Part shown: positions 28,772 through 43,666 of the stretch, piece by piece
Layout: each line of letters starts with the position of its first letter
Numbering within the stretch: position 1 is the stretch's first letter
Assembly (NCBI RefSeq): GCF_006345805.1
Contig: NC_042997.1
Span: forward strand, 181,412,001-181,476,000
Length of the DNA: 64,000 nucleotides
Direction: 5' to 3'
DNA from: Octopus sinensis
Lineage: Eukaryota
Notes under the pieces: model-generated
The model's database searches: none
What the model saw: the letters and a program-made list of their open reading frames with translations, nothing else
Told to the model about the DNA's origin: nothing
Translations under genes and position numbers: made by a program

Positions 28772-28989
28772 TGGCAGAAACGTTAGCACGCCGGGCGAAA
28801 TGCGTAGCCGTATTTCGTCTGCCGTTACGTTCTGAGTTCAAATTCCGACGAGGTCGACATTGCCTTTCATCCTTTCGGGGTCGATAAATTAAGTACCAGT
28901 TACGCACAGGGGTCGATGTAATCGACTTAATCCGTTCGTCTGTCCTTGTTTGTCCCCTCTATGTTTAGCTCCTTGTGGGCAATAAAGAA

Positions 28990-28990
<1 letters not shown>
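28772..28990 (+). mobile_element. Tx1-tailed SINE inserted in (TCTA)n
   Basis: Same head, body and tail as 33237-33469. Ends GGGCAATAAAGAAA followed by (TCTA)n. Confidence 0.85.
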
Positions 28991-29058
<68 letters not shown>

Positions 29059-30448
29059 ATTCTGTCTGTCTGTCTGTCTGTCTACCTGCTTGTCTGCCTG
29101 TGCGCGTGTTTAACATACAAACGACTGCCAAAACGTTTCAGCTTAGAGAAAATATAGACATTTGTGAGTTAAACATCAAGAAGCAATATGTGGTTTTTCG
29201 TTCGACGATCTTCGTTGCTCAACGATGAGGATTCAGTTATTTAAATCTATTGAATTACTTGCTCCCGATTTACCCTGTAAGTATCTGAGCATTCCACAGA
29301 GACGTGTACCCATAACGTGATTCTCGAACTGAATCAGCGTAACAGAGAGTGTGACAAAGGATGAAACTTTTGAGTTACAAGGACAACCCTTTTGATAGTC
29401 TTCTATATAGTTCTCGTCGACTCGACTTAGGTTACAAAATATGGTCGACTCATAGCTGTAGAAAATGATATTTACCAAAGATGCCATGCAATAGGACTGA
29501 AACTAGAATCTAGTAGCTATGAGGCGAACTTCTTAACCATCCAGTCTCAATGCGTGTATACAAGCAGTGTACACTCATGTAGTATAAAATAATAGGTAAA
29601 TCGTTGGTAAACTCCTAGGAAACGAAGGCTACATGCTGGTTTTGACTTCGAATTGCAGGTATTCTCACTCCACTTATATCATTATTACTCTGGTTGAATG
29701 TCCAGTCGAACTGAAGAATTGAATCGCATCTGATCCCGTGAGTTCAAACAACTGATTAAATTTATTGTAAGACCGGATTGACCACGAAAGTTCAAGCAGT
29801 TGTTTGAATTTATCGTAATACAGAACAGATCAAGAAAGTGTTGATTAATCGTATCGCAATATTGATATTTAAGCAATTTACAGTACAAAATGCTGAGAAC
29901 TACGGAAGAGAGCCGTCTTAGCGGAATAATAGGGCCCCGGACAAATCAATGCACAGAACCCTATAATATTGACAGTAAGATACCACATACATAGATCAGA
30001 ATTGAACCGCAAAGATGTTTCTTTGACAGGAATTCTAAATTGCTGTTGCACAATGCACTTTTGGCTTTTGTAAGGAAAAGAACAATTATTCTAACAAGAA
30101 CTATACCTTCCTAAACGACTACGATGATGACCATATATTTACGACAAAATAACAATGTCTGTGTATGTTAATGTTTGAATCACTCCATGAATCTTTTCCT
30201 TTTTTTCCTCGCTTCCAGCGCGTATTTATGCGATACTACAGGTAGTTTTGCGCCATTTGGCGTCTTTCTTTAGCGTGTGGCTCGGCCTATAGAAATACTC
30301 GCTAGTTGCCCATAATATAGTTTTTATAATTATACTTATAAAATTATGTACTAAATTAATTTTTGCCTTAATAGGTTATTACACGCTAACTACCTGATAA
30401 AATCATGTATAGATTTTATCCTTAATTTTAATTTGTATATATATATAT

Positions 30449-31020
30449 AATCAAAATAAGCAACAAGGATAGACAGAGATAATCCAGTACGATCGTTTCA
30501 AGCAACTCCATTTAATTGAACAATGCAATCATTACATCAATTTAAATGCAGAGCAATCCTCAGCTGCATAAAGACATAGAGTTGAATTAAATAAAAAGAG
30601 ATGGACACATTAGTATAATTTTACCTAAAACCTCCAAGAAGGTAAGGATATAGACAAAGAACATACTGTCTTCGCTTCACAATAATAACAATATTAATAG
30701 CACGTAGAATAGCTTCTAAGCTGAAGTGAAGTCAGCATATTCTTTGTCTATATCCTTGCCTTCTTGGAGGTTTTAGGAAAAATACTAATTTAATTGTATG
30801 TCTTTATGCAGCTGAGGATTGCTCTGCATTTAAATTGATGTAATGATTGCAATGTTCAATTAAATGGAGTTGCACTTGAAACGATCGTACTGCATTACCT
30901 CTGGATATCCTTGTTGCTTATTTTGATTTTAATCACCTTATTTTGGAAATGTATGGGTAATATTGTACTAAATTATGGCGCCTCAACTTAAATACTTAAT
31001 TCACCTGAAACTAAATTTTG

Positions 31021-31022
<2 letters not shown>
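30449..31022. mobile_element. Fold-back element with two long-stem-II hammerheads (30483-30569 minus; 30806-30895 plus)
   Basis: Imperfect arms ~30449-30679 / 30722-30929. Motif ATGCAG-CTGAGGA-[~59-nt hairpin]-GAAA-CGATCG-TA-CTGCAT. (TA)n flanks. Confidence 0.8.
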
Positions 31023-31112
<90 letters not shown>

Positions 31113-31115
<3 letters not shown>

Positions 31116-31275
31116 CAAATTTACAGAAAACAAAAAAACGAAGACAAGTGTAGGAACGACAAGCAGGTGTATTAATTTAACGCTCGGGAAGAATGGAAAT
31201 GTCTTTTACGTTTCGAGCTTACGCTCTTCGACAGAAAAGATTAACAGGAAAAAACAGAGAGTGAAAAAATGTGAT
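31113..31275 (-). mobile_element. Penelope pLTR-like fragment with degenerate hammerhead (31202-31240)
   Basis: Minus strand TCTTTT-CTGTCGA-A-GAGC-GTAA-GCTC-GAAA-CG-TA-AAAGA. Layout resembles 1097-1242. Confidence 0.6.
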
Positions 31276-31294
31276 ATACATACACATACACACA

Positions 31295-31341
<47 letters not shown>

Positions 31342-32994
31342 GTACGTGCGCATGTATGTATGTATGTATGTATGTATGTATGTATGTATGTATGTATGTA
31401 TGTATGTATGTATGTATGTATGTATGTATGTATGTATGCAATCTAGGCCAGCTTGTTATTCGGTTTCTACTAGCCAGTGCACTAAGTTTTTCTTTTCATT
31501 TGTGGTGGCATTTGTTATCGCATTTTTAGTTGAAACGCAGCATGTTATTGTAAAAGACGATGTCGAATGTCTGTACAAGAAAAATAAAAGGAAAAATTGT
31601 TTTGTTCCAAGTGCACTGATTTAAGCTTGCAATTTTAAAGGGAATAAAAAAAAGCAACAAAATAAACAGTATCAACAACAGCAACATCAGCAATTATAAT
31701 AACAGCAACAACAATCATAATGACAAAACCGACGATGACAACAAGAACACGAAGAACAGAAAATAGCATGAAAAATATCCGAAAAGTTGACTTGTATTAT
31801 GTAAATATCTATATTTAACGCGACATTTCAATATATATTAGTTGTTCGTTATAAAAAAATAGCTTTAGTGACAGCAGATGGAAAGCTTTACAAATGTCTT
31901 TACTATTTATCTAGCCTCAAACAATAACGACTTATTTGTGTTGTTATGGTTACTGGTGCGTTATTCAAGCTATATAGTTTTAATTATTATAGATTCAATA
32001 CAAGGGCAAACTGGTGGAGTCGTTAGCGCATCAGACACAATGCTTCTCGATTTTTTTTTCTTCCCGTTCAAATTCAACCGAGGTCGACTTTGCCATTCGC
32101 CTTTTCGAGATCGATTATATAAAGTACCCGTCGAAAGCTGGGGTCGATGAAGTCGGCTGACCATGTGCGGAAATTCGAAACAATTATTCAACTATTATTA
32201 TAACTTGTGCGATTTAAGTGACATAACTATATATGTCTAAACTAATTGTCATCTACCTTATGGTTGCATATAACTTTGCTAATTCCCGACCACAGGGATT
32301 TGTAACTACTCATACTATATTCAGCCCTAATAACTTAGGTTTCGTAATCTTATACAACTACCGTGTTCATATGCATAATGAGAGAAGATTCTTGGACATA
32401 TCATCTTGGCCCGCCAATCTTCGAGCTGTATCGTCAGGTGAGCCTGAATTCAAGTTACGAAAGTACAATGTTTCCGTTTCTTGCAGAGGCGAATCATACA
32501 AGCCTGCAATACATGTTTACAGTTGTGTAATTAAATATCGACTTTTCCAGGCACAGTACATAACAACAAACAGGATATAATCTGCCATTATTTTGGCTGG
32601 TAGCCTAGTGTTTATGAACTCAGCTGGCTGTTAGTCTCTATTATTGCTTTATCATCCGTTTCTTGCTGTTATGCGTCATTATTACAATGATTGTAAATCC
32701 TAAGTAAAATACCCCGAAGGGAAGTCTTACTCAGTAGCAGATAGGATAATGCATGTGGTGTATCATGCTTTGAATTCTTAAAATTGTTGAGGGTAATCCA
32801 GCAACCAAGCAACATTAATAATGTTATTTTCTATCCTCTTCTATTCTCCACAGGAAGGTCCATGTTACTGTAACAGAGTCGACATTTTTTTTAATCCCCT
32901 AGAATGTATTTATTTTCTTTGCCTCTAGTTTATATTTCATAGATGCTTAAGCCTTCTGAGAAGAAAAAGTTGACTGAATATAATGAATATGAGT

Positions 32995-33983
32995 AAGGCG
33001 GCATGCTAGCAGAAACGTTAGCACGCCGGGCGAAATGCTTAGCAGTATTTCGTCTGCCGTTACGTTAAAATTCCGCCGTGGTCGACTTTGCCTTTTATCC
33101 TTTCGGTGTCGATAAATAAAGTACCATTTACGCACTGGGGTCGATATAATCGACTTAATCCGTTTGTCTGTCCTTGTTTGTCCCCTCTGTGTTTAGCGCC
33201 TTGTGGGTAGTAAAGAAATATATAATGAATATGAGTAAGGCGGCGAGCTAGCAGAAACGTTAGCACGCCGGGCGAAATGCGTAGCCGTATTTCGTCTGCC
33301 GTTACGTTCTGGGTTCAAATTCCGCCGAGGTCGACTTTGCCTTTCATCCTTTCTAGATCGATAAATTAAGTACCAGTTATGCACTGGGGTCGATGTAATC
33401 GACTTAATCCGTTTGCCAGTCCTTGTTTGTCCCCTCTATGTTTAGCCCTTTGTGGGTAGTAAAGAAATAGGTATTTCGTCTGCCGCTACGTTCTGAGTTC
33501 AAATTTCGCCGAGGTCGACTTTGCCTTTCATCCTTTCTAGATCGATAAATTAAGTACCAGTTACGCACTGGGGTAGCTGTAATCGACTTAATACCTATGT
33601 CTGTCCTTGTTTGTCCCCTCTATGTTTAGCCCCTTGTGGGTAGTAAAGAAATAGGTATTTCGTCTGCCGCTACGTTCTGAGTTCAAATTTCGCCGAGGTC
33701 GACTTTGCCTTTCATCCTTTCGGGGTCGATTAAATAAGTACCAGTTACGTACTGGGTCGATATAATCGACTTAATCCGTTTGTCTGTTCTTGTTTGTCCC
33801 CTCTGTGTTTAACCCCTTGTGGGGAGTAAAGAAATAGGTATTTTTTCCGTCTTTACGTTCTGAATTCAAATACCTTTCACCCTATCAGAGTCAATAAAAT
33901 AAGTACCAGTGGATACTGGGATCGATGTAATCAACTTAACCCCTACCCTGAACTTGCTGGCCTTGTACCAAAAATTTGAAACC
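32995..33983 (+). mobile_element. Nested SINE array: full copy, then head + three Tx1-tailed bodies, then old-tail remainder
   Basis: Junctions AAGAAATA|GGTATTT at 33469, 33653 and 33836 (period ~184). TSD TATAATGAATATGAGT at 32979-32994 / 33221-33236. Confidence 0.9.
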
Positions 33984-34357
33984 AATATAATAAATGCGAA
34001 TGTTTCCATTGGATGACTAGAATATAAATACAAAAGAAAAAAATTATTAATGTCGAATGGAGTTTGAGTAGGCATTTGCTGGTCGATTCGAGAGATGTAG
34101 AATCGAGTAGCAACCTGTGTTTATTTTTTAATCTATTACAGTTCCATTAACATATTATTTCTAGTGAGGCAATTTTCTTCCTTTACATTATATATTCATC
34201 GGCAAAACATGGATGTTATATTTATATGATATAAATGTGTGAAAAATTATGTCTATTTAAAAAAATTCAATACGTTTTTATGATTCTTAAGTTGGCAACG
34301 AAATATTTAGATAGAGGAAGAGGTGTATATCCACAGACACACACAGTGAAAGACAAG

Positions 34358-34409
<52 letters not shown>

Positions 34410-34424
34410 AAATAGAGAGAGAAC

Positions 34425-34495
<71 letters not shown>

Positions 34496-37400
34496 AGAAG
34501 CGGGCGTTGTTCGAAGGTAGCAGAAAGGCCATCGTCAGAGTTTATGGTCTTGTTTCAAGTTATTAAAGTACCTTCGTAAAGGTGGGTAAGTGTGTGTGCG
34601 CGCGCGCGCGCGCGCGCGTGTGTGTGTGTGTGATGGTGAGCCTAGTGGCGTGAAAAAGGAGAGTTTTGAGATTTTCTTAGTTCAAAAAGAATATTTAGAA
34701 AGAGATTGAATATTAACGTGTTACGTAGGAGTATGCAGTTGCTTTAAACGTGCTAAACGCGAGAGAACGAGTTTCTCTTATTAAATTATCATGAAAATTG
34801 TACAGGTGGTGTGGTGGAGGCAGAACACACACAGATAAAATATTTATTTCGAAATGTAATAAAAAAGGCACTGTATTCTCAACATACTTCAGAAAATGTG
34901 TAGAGAATTGGAGTTGTGACCAAGAAGAGAATTTTAAAGATTATTTGTTTGCACTAATCTGACTGTGACTAGAATGTTCTAATAATGGTGAGCACGTTAA
35001 ACTCTGTGTCACGAAATGCTTTCATTTTCGATAATTTATGATAAATTATACTTTTCATTTGTAAAGAAAGCGAATAAGATTTGATTTCTTCCTTCCCATT
35101 CAGCACACACACACACATGCACACACACACACACACACACACACAAAGACACACAAACACATACACACACATACTCCCTCCGCATACTACTCTTATCTCT
35201 GTCTATCACCAGGTTCTTCTGTTATTTCTTTATCAGGTCCGAATTGCACAGATAGTCAATATCTGGGCTATAACACTTTTGCATTTAATATCGATTTATT
35301 ATTGGTAAAAGGCCACACATTTACAGGCGAGTGAGGTATAGTCGATTAAATCTACCTCAGTGCGTGACTGGAATTCATTTTATCGTCCTTAGTAGAATGA
35401 ATTCAAAATCATCCTGGCGTGACTTGAACTCAGAACACAGAGAGAAGAAACCAAACATTACAAGGCATTTAGCCTGATGCACTATTGTTTTTCCCAATCC
35501 TCGGCCAAATATTTATTAAGTACGCTATTCTTGTAACTCGTGTATGATAGATAAGTTAATATTAAGTACTGTACTGGTTTTCTCACGTACATACAGTATT
35601 CTCATCGACATATAAGCCTAAAGAAGAACAATATAAAAACTCAGGACATTCAAAGGACATTTTCAAGTGAGGATGTTAAAACAATTTTCAAAAATCTAGC
35701 AAATCGAATAATTGTACATTGTAGAGTAAGAGAATTGATTGACAGCAGCTCCCCGTTGGAACGAAAATCTATAATTGTCCGGATATTAAAAAAAAATTGC
35801 AAAATTGACATCACTGCTCTTATGGAAGGAAGGCTTGCAGGCAAATCTTATTTAGAATTTGGAGGCGGTTATATTCACTATTGAATTAGGAAACCCGATA
35901 ATGAAACACGTCAATCTAACAGCCAACTGGACATTGTTTAGAGTCTCTTCTCCATGGTACTATTGACAAGATGATGATTCTTCACTTATACGTCATGCTA
36001 TTCTAATAAACGTCCATTATGGCTAATTCTGAAGATATGACAGAATAGTTTTACTCTAACCTCTGTAAGATTATTTCGTGAAGATAAATGAATTATTTCG
36101 GCTAATTCAATGTATGTGTTGACTTAGATTATGACACTTGATTATGTGTGCTTTGTTATCATTGTTTTGGTAAAACAATCCAAATTTCTGCTTCTCTCAG
36201 AATGCTGTGTCAAGCAAATACTTTCGCAGTTTCAGTAAATTGGAACGCTGTGCGAGTAATTGACACAGTTACACCAACGTATCGAATTTGGTATATATCA
36301 CATTGTATCACTGTATACGTAAAATATATGTGATGTGAACTTATTTTGTGTTTATAGAAGTGTTGAATGTTTGTTTGATTATTGTATTTCGAGAAGCAAC
36401 ATATCCTTTAAAAACCTTCTCAGAATCTCGTACTACTAAAGTGAAAAGCAGATAACGCAAAGAGAAGGTAACGTTTATCAAGATTATTGATGAAAATTTG
36501 AGATAAGATTTCGGCTGAATGATCAAAGAAAAGGCATATTTTATCTTTTTATCATTGATGTGTTCTTGTAAAATACACTTAACTCTCGAAAGTTCACATC
36601 TAAATGAAAAACAGTATCAAACCAGAAAGAGTGTAATTCACCACAGCAATTTGTAGGAAAACTGTATAATTAAATTTCACTTCATGCCTTGTACAATTGC
36701 ATTTGAATTAGATTTTGTGGTCACTTGCCTTGTTAGAAACAACAGCCTAATCTTTACATCACACAACCAGTCTTGAAAACGAAAGACTTAATGCTTAATA
36801 TAGTGCAAAATATACTGTCTCAATACAACACTGGATAACCATGGATGGAACACCTTTGGTCATAGGTATGGTCAGTCAGAGATGATTAGGGACAAGACAA
36901 CAAATGTACTCAAGTTATTTCACCGAGTTAGCTTGAGAAGAATGGTTTTTCTTAAGGCTGACTCCTTTCTAAAAATTTTTCATGAAACTAAAGTTTTGTG
37001 TGAGGTAAAAAAAAAAAAAAAATCGACAGATTAGATGTTCCCAAATAGTAACAAAACTACTCAATTGTGTTTTTTTTAAATAAAGTACTGTAGTACAACT
37101 GGTACTTTATGTTGATACAATAGAAACATGTTTCATTAAAGAGGCTCCAAAATTGGTTCGACAAATAATGGAAATGTTACCTACTACTGAGATTTGACAA
37201 GTACGTTTTTAAAATAAAAGTTCTACAGGGTAAAAGCAAAATATTATTTCCTGCGGAGAAAAAAAAAAAACAACAACAACTCGAGCATTAGAAAACATAC
37301 ACAAACTGCAAGAAGCAGCTAAAAGCATGGAGTGAATTTGTTTATAAATTAATAGATACCCAGTATTTGGACTAGTATAGAATAACTTTAACCTTTGCGA

Positions 37401-38292
37401 ATTTTAGGACAAATTTATTTAACAACAAAAGAGAGATCATTTAACGACAAAACAAGCTCTTTAATTCACTTTCTGATTTAGAATCTAACAGTGATGATGA
37501 CCTGATCTGTTTCGTACCCACAAAAGTATGGTCATAAAAGAAATGTCAATATATCCATCTATGGAAAATGTCATTATACTAATTGGTGAGATTTCTCCTG
37601 GCAATTTCATGACCTACATCTCGTTCTTATCGAGGCCTCTAACTCTGGTTGCCAAACTATAGTTTTATGCATTTGTCGACGTTTGGTTACATGACAACCT
37701 TCTTTAAAATTTCAAACGTATTTGCACACGAGAAAATGAAACAAGATCGTTTCTGAGAGCTATCACTCTAGGCCATTTGTAAAATTAAAGCTTTAATCAT
37801 AAGAGTACTTATGAAATATCATTTTTTTATATCAGACCAAAATCCTTGTAACACCATTGCGTTCTTGGATGGTGCACTTAGATCTCAATTGTTCACATCT
37901 CGATGAAAATTAGTCAAGCCAGAAAGACTGTAAATTACCACAGTAATTCGCAGAAGTGGTGTATAATTAAAGTGCGCTTCATGCCTTTCAGACTAGCATT
38001 CAAATGAGGAAGGTTTTATGCGATCGCTTGACCTGTAAGAAGCAACAGCTAAATATTCATGCCTGCCGTCTAAAAAGCGACACACTGAATGGTCCAAAGC
38101 TGGAACGCCTTTGGTCATAAGAATGCTTGGTTAGAGATTAGTTTTGGATAAAACAGTATTTTCATTAAAATGGTTGAATGACACGTTCATGGTGCTGTTA
38201 TTGTTGTTGCTGTTAACGTAGGTTTAGCTTTTGCTGTTACAATCCCTACCATTGGTCTTCTTTTTACTATAGTCGATATAGTATTCTTTCTA

Positions 38293-38564
38293 ACGGCAAA
38301 AAACAGACCACTCTGGAAAACCACCATCCATGAGGGAACGGCGACTTTCGAGTCGAAAAGGTCTGCTGAGCTGGAGGAGAAAAGACGACGACGGAAGGAG
38401 CGCCAACAACAACCACGTGCGACTCTCCCTTCCGGCACTAGATGTCCGCACTGCGACCGATCTTTTCAAGCAAGAATTGGTCTTACCGGTCACCTACGGA
38501 CTCACCAGTAAATTTGCGCGAAGACCATCATCCTCGACCTTGAGGGATTGCCATCAATCAAAAG
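38293..38564 (+). mobile_element. 5'-truncated RTE (BovB-like) LINE 3' end
   Basis: Translates ..NRPLWKTTIHEG..KRRRRKERQ..CPHCDRSFQARIGLTGHLRTHQ*. TSD ATAGTATTCTTTCTA at 38278-38292 / 38565-38579. Confidence 0.85.
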
Positions 38565-40207
38565 ATAGTATTCTTTCTACTGCTATTGTTGTTATTTTGT
38601 TTACAGCCACGTCTGCTGCGACTGGGCAGAACTAAGATAAAATGTATTCAGTCACGAACAGCTCATCTTTTTTTTAAAAGAAGGTGCTAGTGTGATTTAA
38701 GGGAATATGACTGCTTTTTCTTGCAGGTCGAACCCCTTAGTAAAGCGCCCTTTATCTGCTTGCTTTTAATGTCGTTACTTCTACTGGAATATCATAAAGA
38801 ATAGGAATTTTGAGAAACTGCAATGGTTTAGTTGTGGTAAGACAGTGTATTGTAGCAATGTTAAAGTAATGCACTGTGGCATGATAGACAAAAGTTTTGA
38901 AATGATTTTCATGCTTTAATGGCTGCTAATGTACAATATTTTAATGATTGTGGTATTGTTCTTTTTGTGGGAACTCAGTCATTTCATCTTTGCTACTGCT
39001 ACTGTTCTTGATGCAGTTGTCCTTCTTACTACTGTGCATACGTTACTGCAATTAAGTCTATTGTTGTAAGTGCAACATTTTCTGCAATGTTTGTTTCTGT
39101 ACCTAACGAAATAAACACGGTTTGTCTCTGACTGGGGTATTTGCCAAGTGCAGTATTGCCAGAAAAGTCTATACATGCATTTCTTCACTTGCCACTCTAA
39201 AAAAAAAAAATTATATAAAGGTGACTGGTTCACTCGGCTTTTGTCTTCTTTTTCTCTGCTTTATTTGATAGCAATACCAGTAAGTAAAAAAAAAAAATCG
39301 TTCCCATTGGAATCTCTCTGTTTGGGACCAGAAAACTTTTGGATATATTCTAGAACGCATCAACATCCAACTATCTGCTGCTGTTTTCAGTTAACAAGAA
39401 GAAAAAGAGAAAAAAAAGCGGTGGTCAAATCAACGACCTTGAACACTGAACAATATGAACGAAACAACGTCATTTGCAACAGCAACAACAACAGAAACAC
39501 CAATAGCAACAATAATAATGACTGAAAAAGAAAGTGTATCGAATAAAAGCAGGAATAAATGCAAGAAAAAAATTAAAAAATTAAGAGAAGACGACGAAGA
39601 AGAAAAATACTATTTAATAAGTGTCTATGCAATTAGTGAGGCGTTTGGAAACGTACGAGGAATACATTACATTCCATTTGATACAGCTGAAATTAAGTTG
39701 AGCGACAGAAGCATTTGAAATGATGTCTATTTAATATATGTCTGAGGCTTTTCCTATGACAGGAATTACATCGAATCTATTACATATCACATTGAAAAGT
39801 ATTATTGTCTTGTTAGCGGTTTGTCTAATAGCAACTGGAGAAAGGCGCCAATAGAATGTTCATTGATGAAGTGTGTTGGGGGAGGAGAAATAGAGAGGAA
39901 AAGCATTGATGTTGCGGGGAAGATTCCGGGCACCGATGAGAAACAAATGCTTAATTTTCTTTTACTGATGGCCATCCAAATTTATGGAAATGCTTCAAAA
40001 ACTCACGCTACCATGAGGTATATTGACAGGTAGAATGGTACAATTCAACGAATTTGCAAAGATGTCGGTTGACTGGAAAACGAGGTTTACATCTATTATT
40101 CAGTGTCCACCAGTTTATTGTTAGCATGAAGTTCGTAACAGATTTTCTATGAAATACCTTTGCACATACACACACACCCATATACACACACACGCACACA
40201 CACATAG

Positions 40208-40243
<36 letters not shown>

Positions 40244-43200
40244 GCACGCACGCTCGCACGCACATGCACACACACACACATATTTACAGTTTAGTCTGAA
40301 GAGGAAGAAACCATCACCGATGAATTGTTGAAACAAAGAGCAGCACTTTACGATATCAACTCACCCTCAAACAGGAGAACTGGTCCATATCCTTGGGACA
40401 AGGTCGACCTCACCACTAAAAGCACACAAGTTCCATACGGTGATGGATTTCTCGTCGGATTGATATTGTCCATCCGACGGGCTTCTGCACAACTTCTGTA
40501 TACTTAGTCTTAACCACAAAGTTTCAGCCGATCCAAGGCTAATGTTGACGATACTTGCCTAAGGTGTCGAGAACTAGGACCGGTCGCGGAATAACATAAT
40601 TGGGAAACGAACTTGTGAACCATTCAGCAAAATATATGAAAAATGCAAAAATAACATGGAGGGGTAAAAACAAACGATTTACACGTCGTGCAGCCAACCA
40701 TTGCTACTCATCACAATTTCAGAAGTTTTTTTCGATTATACTGATCTCAGTACTTGACTGTTTAGGTTTCAACATACAGTCTCAGATGAACAAACTTGCT
40801 AAATGTGTATAGGTTTGAAACAAAACAACGTTTAATGTAGAATTGATATGGAATGTCTTCAAATGTGGCAAGTAATCTCTCAAAGATGATCAAGACTCTG
40901 CAAAACCATGACCATCTTTGACTTTGGATATATACCCTGTCTTCATTGAAAATCCCAGGTAAAATTGAAGGGCTAATAATCTCATCCAAACCAAGTTTGC
41001 CATTCTCACCAACACTTTTCTGTTCAAAAAGTACTTGAAGAAGTTAAGGATGGTTTAATCAGAGGAAGACCCTGTCTCTAGTCATTTTAACTTACCCCAT
41101 ATTACTATGACTTTTTCCATAGGAAAGATATATACTCTCACTTCTCCTTAGTAGACTCAGACAGATAGGAATCTTTCTATAAGTAATAACAACTGCATAA
41201 TATTATTCCACAAGTCAGCAGTCATTACTTACTGAATGGATGCGAGTAGGAATTTTGAAAATTGTTCGTAATTTCCAGCCTGAAAGTTCTCCAGGAAAAG
41301 TAATTCAGAACGTTCTCATCGGTGACTATATTATCCTTATGGACACCGGCATTTAAACCTTCCAGTAACATTCTAAAAAAGTCAAGGCCTGATGTTTCAT
41401 CGACCGATTTGCACAGTCGGTAGACGGCTGACCATTTACTCTCGAACTACGCTTGACTTAAGATTGCAGCCCACTTTAAGAAAAGAGCTCTCAACAAGAA
41501 AAGACCACAATAGCTCGCAGTCTAAGAATCTACGTAGAAGTCATAGCTTCAACGCATTATTGACACAATAACTACCAAACATTTGTGGAAGTTGATTAAT
41601 CTGTTACTCAACTGATATTGTTATAAAAAAGTTTGTGGATTTACTTCATTAAAATATTAAACAGAGACTATGGCCTTTAAAGGTATCTCCTGGTTGGTGA
41701 AATCCATGTGGTCGATGTTTGAAATGTTGATGACAAGTTTGTGAGACAGTAAAAAAAAAAGAGGAATTTTAGAAGAGCACTTTTCTAGGAAGAAATGAAT
41801 GAGGAAAGTGTCACATTTTTGAGAAATAAAAATTATGCCGGTGCTGTCTCTTCTTCTCTTCGACTCTTCCACTAAAAGTAGTTCGCGTATGTAGGGTAAA
41901 TAACAGAGTTATATTTTCTGCTGTAATATGACGAGGAAAACATTGAAAGTATGAAATGTGCCATGAAATAAGAATTTCATAAACATTAAAGGCAATAAAA
42001 GATAATTCCATACTTCATTATGAAGCTTAATATCTGTTTACAACAATGCTATCTTTGCTGTAGCAGCGTCTACAAGAAGAAGAAGAAGAAGAAGAAGAAG
42101 ATCACTCCAACTTATGAAACACTCTAGTTTTCTACATTTAGTTTTTTGACTCCGAAAAGATAAAAGCAAATCCTCAACAGGATTAGACTTCAGAACTATA
42201 AGAGAGTGATTGTAATTGTTGAATATTCTTCACGAAAATAAAATAAAAACATTCTTTACAAAATACAAAATATTCAATACGAAAATAAAAAATGGAAGAT
42301 AAAGTAAACGCAGCAACATTACCATAGAAAATTGTTTTCTATATTTTTTTTTGTTTAGTAGTGAAATGACTTGGATTTCAGAAGTAGAAAAATAAAAATA
42401 ACAACGGTAACAACATAAGCACTAAGTACGTCAGTGTTCATCTTGCTTGTCTTCGTTGTAGACAATACCAGAAGCTATAGACATACAAGAGCAGACTGGA
42501 ACGCGAAGGAAATACAAGACGCCCAAGTTTCCACACTGTATGTCATTTGATAAACGAGGGGACAACCACATGTTCACTTGTGATGGTAGAAATGACAGCC
42601 ACATCCCTTCAGATCTCCCCTACCGTCTTAATTAAGATAGTTCTAGTCTTAGATCCTCCACGCATAAAGCAACAAGCATCCACTAGCGTGGTCAATCTAA
42701 CGTTGTTTTCTTAGCTCCTGTCCAAGTAGTTCTCATGCATCAATGCCCGGCTTTTAGGTTTACTTTTTTACCGTTTTCCATTTTTCAAGGCTTTCCATCA
42801 TTGCATTCTTTGAATACCGAGCGGCTGACAGGCATAAAATCTGACTTAGTAAGGGAGACTAATGCAGCATCTCGATTTTTCTGCTATAGTTTGGATTCGT
42901 TTCGCTTGATGATTTCCGCATTTGCGACTTTGTTTCGCAAGGTGACGATAGTTCTTCCTAGAAAGCACTAAGAAAATGCAATAGTCACGGATGGAATTCC
43001 CTTGGTAATAAGACTGATTAATCAGCGCTGACATGCTGCTTAACAACAACAAGAACAACAACCTACTGCGAGTCGGATAGTGCAATGCAGTCTTCAGTCA
43101 CACCGATGAGTAGATTATATGAAGTGTGAATACCTGGTTTGCGCTCATATTTTTCACCAGTTAATTACGTGTCAATTGTTAACACAAACCGACCTGATTA

Positions 43201-43666
43201 ATCTCCACAATTACATCAGAAATAAGTGCGATAACATTAATCTTGGGCATCCATTATTCTAAAGAAAAAAAAGGCGGCGAGCTGGCAGATACGTTAGCAC
43301 GTCGGGCGAAATGCGTAGCCGTATTTCAGCTGCCGCACATGTGTTCGTGAAGTAAGAATTGCTGTTTCGTGGTGTTAATATTGTTAACAACTGTTGTTTC
43401 TTGTTAAACTGTTGAATAACTTAACTGTTGGAGTTTTCAATTGAAAACACTTAGTGCTTGTGGTAGCACGCGTTGTTCATTCCCCCTTTGGGGGGAAGAA
43501 TGTCGTCTAGCATGGAGCCTACCGTTGGAGCAGAAATACTTGTTTCTCCTGTTGAGAGGAGGAAATACATGTCCGGCGAGGAGCCAACTACAACAAGGAA
43601 ATAGGGGTTTCCCCCGCTACAAGAAGGAATAGCAGAGAGGATAATATATTTGATATTTTTGGAGAT

